Shown here: positions 57,724 through 64,000 of the stretch, one piece after another
Layout: each line of letters begins with the position of its first letter
How positions within the stretch are numbered: position 1 is the stretch's first letter
Assembly (NCBI GenBank): GCA_965200965.1
Contig: OZ241744.1
Location: 3,520,562-3,584,561, forward strand
Length of the DNA: 64,000 bases
Direction of reading: 5' to 3'
DNA from: an uncultured Candidatus Binatia bacterium
Lineage (GTDB): Bacteria > Desulfobacterota > Binatia > Bin18
The notes under the pieces: model-generated
What the model was told of the DNA's origin: nothing
The model's database searches: none
The model's input: the letters and a program-made list of their open reading frames with translations, nothing else
Made by a program: the position numbers and the translations under genes

Positions 57724-58695
57724 CTAGCCACACGCGAGCAGCGCTTGTTGGAGCGCGTCGCGGTCAAAGCCTTTGCCGATGAACACCACATGCTCCGGCG
57801 GCTCGGGCAACAGGTCGATCCATTCCATGTCAAACTCACCCGCAACGTATTGGAACATCCACTGTTCCTCCGAATCGGTAAAACGGACAAAGCCCTTGGC
57901 CCGCCAGACGGTGGACGGCAGAGCACGCATCAAGGCTTCAAACCGGGCGCGGACCAGCGGAGCCTGACACAGGTGGGTCAGGGTATGAAAGTGGTCGTGG
58001 ACAGAGAGGACGGAACGTGTCGCCTTCCGGTCATGTGGGCTGGCCGAACGGGCAAGTGTTCCCGTTGTCGCCAGAATACGGTCGTAGTCCAGTGCTCCCC
58101 GCTCGGTCAGGACAATTTGGGCGCGGGGGTTGAGCCGGCGAATCTGGGCCCTCAGGTCTGCCAGGGTGTGGTCATCGGCCAAGTCGCGCTTGTTGAGCAC
58201 CACAAAGTCGGCCAGCTCGGTCTGTTGCTGAATCCCGGCGTGCAACTCTTCGGCCAGCCGGGCAAAATTGTGCGGGTCAAGCACGGCGATCAGCGACGCC
58301 AGCCGGACCCGGGTCAGGACTTCTTCCTTGGTGGCCTGATCGATCAGTTCGACCGGGTCGGCCAAGCCGGTGGCTTCCACAAAGATAAGGTTCGGCTTGA
58401 GCGCGGCGACTTCCTGGAGGGCCAAGCCGAGCGTGCTGCCGATTGTGCAGCAGATGCAGCCGTTAGTCATCTCGCGGACGCTAAAGCCCTGGCCGCGTAG
58501 CAGTTCGCCGTCGATATTGACCTCGCCGTACTCGTTCATCATCACCGCCGGCTTGAGCCCGACTGCCAGGCAGTGGTCCAGCAGCCGCTTCAGCAGGGTG
58601 GTTTTGCCGCTGCCCAAAAAGCCGGAGAGCAGGTGGAGCGGAATCCGATCGGCCTCGGTGAAGACCAGGCGTTCCTTGTGTGGACTGTCCGCCAT
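57724..58695 (-). CDS. COG0523 / CobW-family GTPase metallochaperone
   Basis: P-loop GFLGSGKTTLL, the metal motif GCICCT, and a C-terminal CobW_C-like domain. Confidence 0.85.
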   Translation of the reverse strand: MADSPHKERLVFTEADRIPLHLLSGFLGSGKTTLLKRLLDHCLAVGLKPAVMMNEYGEVNIDGELLRGQGFSVREMTNGCICCTIGSTLGLALQEVAALKPNLIFVEATGLADPVELIDQATKEEVLTRVRLASLIAVLDPHNFARLAEELHAGIQQQTELADFVVLNKRDLADDHTLADLRAQIRRLNPRAQIVLTERGALDYDRILATTGTLARSASPHDRKATRSVLSVHDHFHTLTHLCQAPLVRARFEALMRALPSTVWRAKGFVRFTDSEEQWMFQYVAGEFDMEWIDLLPEPPEHVVFIGKGFDRDALQQALLACG

Positions 58696-58768
58696 ACGGC
58701 CAGTATTCCAGGATTCTCCAGGCGAGGGAAGGCGGGCTTGGCTCTCCGTCTGTGAGAGATAGGGTTAT

Positions 58769-59968
58769 CTAGCGCTTTAAGCGCTTGAGGGCGGCCTCGA
58801 TCTGGTCCATGCCTTTTTGCAGATTGGCCATCGAGGTGGCATACGAGATACGGACATTGTCGGGTGCGCCAAAGCCCTCGCCGGCGACCAGGGCGACGCG
58901 GGCCTCTTCCAGCAGGTACAGGGCGAGGTCGGTCGCCGATTCAATGCGGCTGTCCGGCCCTGTTGCTCCAAAGTAGCCGGACACATTGGGGAAGACGTAG
59001 AACGCGCCTTCGGGCAGGGTACAGGTGAGGCCGGGAATGGCGCGCAGGCGGTCAACGATGTAGTTGCGGCGTGTGGCAAACTCGGCGGCCATCACGCCGA
59101 CCGGCTCCTGGGTCCCGGTCAAGGCCGCTACTGCTGCGGCTTGGCTGATAGAACTGGGGTTTGAGGTGCTCTGGCTCTGGAGCGTTTCGATCGCTTTGAT
59201 CAGCTCTGCCGGACCCGCGGCATATCCCAGACGCCAGCCGGTCATAGCGTAGGTCTTGGACACCGAGTTGACTAGCAGGACCCTGTCGCGGAGCTCGGGT
59301 TTGCGGGCCAGAATCTGGGCGCACCGCGGTGAATCGTATAAAAACTTCTCGTATACCTCGTCCGAAATAACGATCAGGTCTGTCGGCTCAATCACCTCAA
59401 TCAGCCGGTCCAGCTCGTGTTCCGTATAGGCTGCGCCGGTTGGGTTTGAAGGGCTGTTGAGCAGGAGGGCCTTGCTGGTGGGACCAATGGCCGCTTTGAG
59501 CTGTGCGGCGGTCAGCTTAAAACCGGTCTCCTCGGTCGTTGTCAACAGCTTTGGCCGCGCACCGGTCAGGATCACCATGTCCGAATAGCTGACCCAATAT
59601 GGGGTGGGGATCAGGACCTCGTCGTCCGCTCCAAACAGAGCGTGGAAGGCGTTGAACAGGGTGTGTTTCCCGCCCGAGTTGGTGGTCACCTCGGACAAGG
59701 CATAGCGAAGCCCATTATCCCGTTCCAGTTTGGCGATAATCGCCTCTTTGACGGCCGCGGTCCCGCCGACCGGGGTGTATTTGGTCTGGCCCTGGTTGAT
59801 GGCTGCCACGGCCGCGGCCTTGATATGCTCGGGCGTGTCAAAGTCGGGCTCTCCGGCACCAAAATCAATCACGCTGATGCCCTGGCGACCGAGGGCGGCG
59901 ACCTGGGCGGTGACGGCGAGGGTGGGAGAGGGCTTGATGAGCGACAGGCGTTCGGCAAGCTGTGTCAT
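58769..59968 (-). CDS. PLP-dependent aspartate/aromatic aminotransferase (class I)
   Basis: Has NSPSNPTG and SVSKTYAMTGWRLGY motifs. 399 aa. Confidence 0.85.
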   Translation of the reverse strand: MTQLAERLSLIKPSPTLAVTAQVAALGRQGISVIDFGAGEPDFDTPEHIKAAAVAAINQGQTKYTPVGGTAAVKEAIIAKLERDNGLRYALSEVTTNSGGKHTLFNAFHALFGADDEVLIPTPYWVSYSDMVILTGARPKLLTTTEETGFKLTAAQLKAAIGPTSKALLLNSPSNPTGAAYTEHELDRLIEVIEPTDLIVISDEVYEKFLYDSPRCAQILARKPELRDRVLLVNSVSKTYAMTGWRLGYAAGPAELIKAIETLQSQSTSNPSSISQAAAVAALTGTQEPVGVMAAEFATRRNYIVDRLRAIPGLTCTLPEGAFYVFPNVSGYFGATGPDSRIESATDLALYLLEEARVALVAGEGFGAPDNVRISYATSMANLQKGMDQIEAALKRLKR

Positions 59969-60492
59969 GGTTCTGCTGTATGTGGGGTTGAGGGCACGGA
60001 GGAGTTTTCGGCCAGCTTTTCCCGCAGCCGTTTCTCAACGTGAGGCGGGACCAGCCCTTGGACCGATCCCCTGAAGCTGGCAATTTCTTTGACCAAGCGC
60101 GAGGCGGTGTAGAAATGGGCGGCACCGGTGGCCAGGAAAATCGTTTCAATGTGTGGTTTCATGTGCCGATTCATGAGAGCCATTTGAAACTCGTACTCAA
60201 AATCGGAGGCCGCCCGCAGGCCACGAATCACAAGGGAAGCTCGCATTTTCTCGACATAGTCAACTAGCAGGCCATGAAAACTATCGTAGAGCACCCGGTC
60301 GCCGGCCTCTTTGAACTCCTCGCGGAACATGGCGAGGCGTTCCTCGGGGGTGAATAGATAGTTTGACTTCTGCGGGTTGTACACCACCGCCACGACGACC
60401 TCGTCAACAAGCTCCAGGCTGCGACGGACAATGTCGATATGTCCGTAGGTCGGTGGATCAAAAGAGCCTGGGTAAATACCCCGACGTTTCAC
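59965..60492 (-). CDS. coaD: phosphopantetheine adenylyltransferase
   Basis: GIYPGSFDPPTYGHIDIV at the N-terminus and ISSTLVRE-like ASRLVKEI. Has a longer C-terminal tail than usual. Confidence 0.9.
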   Translation of the reverse strand: MKRRGIYPGSFDPPTYGHIDIVRRSLELVDEVVVAVVYNPQKSNYLFTPEERLAMFREEFKEAGDRVLYDSFHGLLVDYVEKMRASLVIRGLRAASDFEYEFQMALMNRHMKPHIETIFLATGAAHFYTASRLVKEIASFRGSVQGLVPPHVEKRLREKLAENSSVPSTPHTAEP

Positions 60493-61061
60493 GCTGCCTC
60501 CTCGTCCCGGTCCTCATAGAAGGACACCCTGGTTTTGCCGTAACGGCGGCGGTCCGTCAATACCAAACCGCCATAGGCACCAGCCCCGCTCTCACCGGGG
60601 TCATGCTCAACCACGACCCAGGCATTGGGGCTGAGGAGCGGGCCGGCGGCTAAGGCCCGGAGCATCTTGTCCACCCAACCCTGGCCGTATGGCGGATCGA
60701 CGAAGACGCCCTGGAAGCGTAAGCCCTGCTGGACGGCGATTTTCAGCCCGGTTGTGGCATAGGTGCGCAGAATGCGGCCCCGCTGGCGAAAGCCGGTTGT
60801 GCGCAGATTGGTCCGAAGCGTACGCTGGGCTTCCGGGTGCGGATCAATAAAAACGGCCGACTTGGCCCCTCGGCTCAGGGCTTCGAGACCCAGCGCGCCG
60901 GTGCCGGCAAACAGATCAAGGATGGCGGCCCCCTGGAGCGGAAAGCGGCTGGCCAGGATATTGAAAATCGCTTCTCTGACCTGATCGGCCGTTGGCCGGA
61001 CGGTGTAGCCCTTGGGCGCTTTGAGTTGGAGGCCGCCATGGGAGCCGGCAATGATACGCAC
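60489..61061 (-). CDS. rsmD: 16S rRNA (guanine966-N2)-methyltransferase
   Basis: MRIIAGSHGG..L..P....RPT.D.VREAIFNIL, then FAGTGALGLEALSRGA and VFVDPPY. Confidence 0.85.
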   Translation of the reverse strand: MRIIAGSHGGLQLKAPKGYTVRPTADQVREAIFNILASRFPLQGAAILDLFAGTGALGLEALSRGAKSAVFIDPHPEAQRTLRTNLRTTGFRQRGRILRTYATTGLKIAVQQGLRFQGVFVDPPYGQGWVDKMLRALAAGPLLSPNAWVVVEHDPGESGAGAYGGLVLTDRRRYGKTRVSFYEDRDEEAA

Positions 61062-61207
61062 GACGCACTCAGAGTATGGACGGCCACCACGGTGGCCCCC
61101 AGTGTGGTCTGGCTGACGCCGGGCGGGTTTAGGCCGGCGTCAAGCACGCCACTATAGGCACACACGCCCTTGTTCAGCAAGCGGAATTTCGTCACTATGA
61201 GACTATT

Positions 61208-61867
61208 GTGAACTTCGTACTGGTGCCGGTGAAAGCCCTGGCTGAGGGGAAAACCCGCCTGTCGATTGTGCTGTCCGAGACGGCCCGCCGAGCCCTGTCA
61301 CGGGCCATGCTGACCGATGTGGTGACGAGTGTTTTTCAGGTTCCGACGGTCGATCGGGTCGCGGTGGTCAGTTCCGACCCGTCCCTGCTCGCCCTGGCAC
61401 GGGGGCTGGGAGCGTTGACCGTAGATGAGGGGCATCCGCGCGGGCTGAACGGGGCGACCGGGCTGGGGACAGACTTTTGTCTGCGTCACGGGGCAACAAC
61501 GCTCCTGGTGTTGCTGTCCGATTTGCCGCTCATCCGCCCACAAGACATCGCCCATCTGTTCGCCCAGCTGAGCGGCCGGCCTGAGATCCTGCTCGTGCGC
61601 TGTAAGTATGGGGACGGGACCAATGCCTTTATGCGCGTGCCGCCACTAGTCATGCAGCCGTGTTTTGGTGGGCCAAGCCTGGCCGCCCATCAACAGGCCG
61701 CCCGCCGACAGGGTATTGCGTGTCGTGTTGTCGAGGCACAGAGTATTCGCTTTGATCTGGACTCGGTGGAAGACCTCAAACAGTGTGAACACAAACAGCT
61801 CGCCCCGCATACCGCTCGAGTACTACGCGAGTCTGGTGTCTTTAGCATTGACCGACCGAAAGCGTAA
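61208..61867 (+). CDS. cofC: 2-phospho-L-lactate / phosphoenolpyruvate guanylyltransferase (F420 biosynthesis)
   Basis: VLVPVKALAEGKTRLS..L....R..L..AML.DV N-terminus and a LLSDLPL motif. 219 aa. Confidence 0.7.
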   Translation: MNFVLVPVKALAEGKTRLSIVLSETARRALSRAMLTDVVTSVFQVPTVDRVAVVSSDPSLLALARGLGALTVDEGHPRGLNGATGLGTDFCLRHGATTLLVLLSDLPLIRPQDIAHLFAQLSGRPEILLVRCKYGDGTNAFMRVPPLVMQPCFGGPSLAAHQQAARRQGIACRVVEAQSIRFDLDSVEDLKQCEHKQLAPHTARVLRESGVFSIDRPKA

Positions 61868-61878
61868 ACCGGTGGAAC

Positions 61879-62799
61879 ATGGGGAAGCCCAAGCTTGTGG
61901 TGATTGCTGGGCCAACGGCCAGCGGAAAAACAGCCCTGGGGATTGAGTTGGCCGGCCTCTGTAACACCGAAATCGTGAGCGCTGATTCCCGTCAGGTGTA
62001 CCGCTATCTCGATATTGGGACGGCCAAACCCACGCCCCACGAACGGCGCGCCGCCCGCCACCACTTGCTTGACGTGGTTGAGCCGGATGCGGGCTTTGAC
62101 GTGGCGCGTTTTCGTCAGCTGGCCCAGACCGCCATCGCCGATATTGTGCAGCGCGGAAAACACGCCTTGGTGGTCGGCGGGACGGGGCTCTACATCCGCG
62201 CCCTGACGCGCGGGCTGTTTGATGGACCGCCGGCCGATAGCGCGCTGCGGGCCCGTCTGCGGCAGCAGGAAGACGATGTGGGCGGCAGTTTTTTACACCG
62301 CCAGTTGCAACAGATCGATCCGCCGGCCGCCGCCCGCCTGCATCCGAACGATAGGCCGCGCCTCATCCGGGCCTTAGAGGTGTTTCTGCTCAGCGGTACC
62401 CCGCTCAGTCAGTGGCAGGCGCGGCACGGCTTTCGAGAGCGCCCTTTTGACACCCTGACGATCGGACTCGAACGAGACCGTGCCAGCCTGCACGAACGAA
62501 TTGGCCGGCGCTGTCGGGAGATGGTACAGAAGGGGCTAGTGGAAGAGTTGCGTGGGCTGTGGCAGCTGGGCTATAGCCCCGACCTGCCCGTGCTGCAGAC
62601 GATTGGCTATACCCAGATGCGGCGTGTCCTTGAGCACCGGTGTGGGCTGGAAGAGGCGCTGACCGACATGGCGCAACACACCCGGCGGCTGGCCAAACGG
62701 CAGATGACGTGGTTTCGCGCTGAGCCGGCGGTGTGCTGGTTTGGGCCAGACCAAATTGACCAGATTCGGACCACGGTCGCAAAATTTTTGCACCTTTGA
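61879..62799 (+). CDS. miaA: tRNA dimethylallyltransferase
   Basis: P-loop GPTASGKT, SADSRQVYR..DIGTAKP and HHLLD. 306 aa. Confidence 0.9.
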   Translation: MGKPKLVVIAGPTASGKTALGIELAGLCNTEIVSADSRQVYRYLDIGTAKPTPHERRAARHHLLDVVEPDAGFDVARFRQLAQTAIADIVQRGKHALVVGGTGLYIRALTRGLFDGPPADSALRARLRQQEDDVGGSFLHRQLQQIDPPAAARLHPNDRPRLIRALEVFLLSGTPLSQWQARHGFRERPFDTLTIGLERDRASLHERIGRRCREMVQKGLVEELRGLWQLGYSPDLPVLQTIGYTQMRRVLEHRCGLEEALTDMAQHTRRLAKRQMTWFRAEPAVCWFGPDQIDQIRTTVAKFLHL

Positions 62800-62812
62800 T
62801 GAGGGGAGAGTC

Positions 62813-63811
62813 GTGCAGACGACCTATCTGGATTTTGAGCAGGGGCTGAGCGAGCTTGATAAGCGGATTGAAGGACTAGGTCGCCGGGAAGACTGCTCAG
62901 CCGAGGAGTTGAGCGAGCTCGCCCGGCTGACCGAACGGCAGCAGACTCAGGAAGCGGAGATTTACAAGGCTTTGCTGCCCTGGCAGCGTGTCCAACTCTC
63001 ACGCCATACCGACCGGCCCTATAGCCTGGATTATATTCGGTCCTTGAGCAGCGAGTTTGTCGAACTCCACGGCGACCGGACATTTGCTGATGACCCGGCC
63101 ATTGTCGGCGGTCTGGCCCGCTTCCAGGGACGAGCTATCGTTGTCGTCGGACACCAGAGGGGCAGAACGGTCCGGGAAAAGGTCTCCCGGAATTTTGGCA
63201 TGCCGCGTCCCGAAGGGTATCGAAAAGCGCTGCGGCTGTTTCATCTGGCGGAACGCTTTGGCCGGCCGGTGGTGTCCTTTATTGACACCCAAGGTGCCTA
63301 CCCCGGGGTGGGTGCCGAAGAGCGTGGCCAAGCTGAAGCGATCGCCCGCAATATCCGCGAGCTGGCCGGTCTACGGACGCCGGTGATTGTAGTGGTGATT
63401 GGCGAGGGGGGCAGTGGCGGAGCCTTAGCGCTGGGGGTCGGTGATCGGGTGTTGATGCAGGAGAATGCGTGTTATTCGGTCATTACCCCGGAGGGCTGTG
63501 CCGCTATTCTGTACGGCGAGCGGACTCCCGAGCGGGTGGCCAAGGCGGCTGAGGCGATGAAAATCACCGCCCCCGACCTGTTACGTCTGGGGATGACTGA
63601 CGATATCATACCTGAGCCGCAGGGCGGAGCGCATCGCCATCCGCAGGCGGCCATGACCGCGGTTGGTCAGGCCATCGCCCGTCATCTGCACGAGACCGTT
63701 CACCTGTCGTTGGATGAACTGCTGGCCCGCCGCTACGAAAAGTTCCGGCGCATGGGGACAGAGGCGGTGCGCGACACCGGCGGGCCAAACACCGATAGAC
63801 GCGGACCCTGA
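62813..63811 (+). CDS. accA: acetyl-CoA carboxylase carboxyltransferase subunit alpha
   Basis: GTG at 62813 after GAGGGGAGAG. Has LDFEQGLSELDKRIEGL, RPY..DYI, FIDTQGAYPG and GEGGSGGALA. Confidence 0.9.
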   Translation: MQTTYLDFEQGLSELDKRIEGLGRREDCSAEELSELARLTERQQTQEAEIYKALLPWQRVQLSRHTDRPYSLDYIRSLSSEFVELHGDRTFADDPAIVGGLARFQGRAIVVVGHQRGRTVREKVSRNFGMPRPEGYRKALRLFHLAERFGRPVVSFIDTQGAYPGVGAEERGQAEAIARNIRELAGLRTPVIVVVIGEGGSGGALALGVGDRVLMQENACYSVITPEGCAAILYGERTPERVAKAAEAMKITAPDLLRLGMTDDIIPEPQGGAHRHPQAAMTAVGQAIARHLHETVHLSLDELLARRYEKFRRMGTEAVRDTGGPNTDRRGP

Positions 63812-63831
63812 ATCGTAGTACAAAACGAGCC

Positions 63832-64000
63832 GTGCCGAAAAAACGTCCCGCCGTCTCGCTCGCTCCCTTGCGTGAAAAAATTGACCGGATTGACGCCCAG
63901 ATTGTCCGCCTTATCAACCGCCGGGCGAGCGTGGCCCAACGCATCGGCCGGGCCAAGCACAGCGAGCAGGCCGCGGTCTATGTGCCGAGCCGTGAGTACC
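63832..64000 (+). CDS. chorismate mutase domain protein (3' end outside window)
   Basis: The GTG start is tentative. LAPLREKIDRIDAQIVRLINRRASVAQRIGRAK is the typical AroQ-type chorismate mutase helix 1. Confidence 0.6.
   Translation, partial: MPKKRPAVSLAPLREKIDRIDAQIVRLINRRASVAQRIGRAKHSEQAAVYVPSREY

Overview
This is a high-GC segment (about 62-65% by eye, with several low-GC patches) from a diderm bacterium. It has sigma-54 machinery, an outer-membrane porin and the F420 gene cofC; the phylum cannot be assigned from sequence alone.

Gene content, left to right:
- cfa.
- A nitrogen operon on the minus strand behind a good sigma-54 promoter: porin, glnK, amtB, GAF histidine kinase, NtrC-like activator. 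The activator is disrupted.
- A glnE stub, an S1-domain protein, rpe and an amidohydrolase.
- An ABC-transporter-dependent glycan locus: wzm, a tandem-NBD wzt, one 2,192-aa protein, and a 2OG-Fe(II) oxygenase.
- smr, decayed cutA and glutaredoxin-like genes, a CNNM transporter, and an aminotransferase/Mur-ligase fusion ORF.
- A FIST remnant, two tandem SGNH/AlgJ-like paralogs and a GT-C-like membrane protein.
- An S9 peptidase, an EndoQ-UvrD fusion helicase and an alpha/beta hydrolase.
- A catabolic block: molybdopterin oxidoreductase, CaiB CoA-transferase, scramblase-like protein, LLM monooxygenase, amidohydrolase, DUF1330, and Rieske dioxygenase alpha/beta plus SDR.
- A 3.7-kb defence islet: two orphan MNT genes with deleted HEPN partners, a SIR2 gene, and a herA N-terminus fused in frame to an MTase-HNH gene.
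- An NSS transporter with a small subunit, a COG0523 GTPase, an aminotransferase, coaD, rsmD, cofC, miaA, accA, and the start of a chorismate mutase gene.

The best candidate for a new system is the 2,192-aa protein. It joins a sulfotransferase, about 720 aa of near-perfect tandem-repeat helix and three glycosyltransferase modules. This is the terminator / molecular-ruler / polymerase layout known from WbbB and WbdD, but with a possible sulfate cap and an exceptionally long, recombination-prone ruler.

The second candidate is the SIR2 / HAS-barrel-MTase-HNH chimera.

An unusually large fraction of genes carry frameshifts, in-frame stops or internal deletions. This is either real gene decay or indel-prone assembly.

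I saw no rRNA, tRNA, CRISPR array, transposase or integrase.
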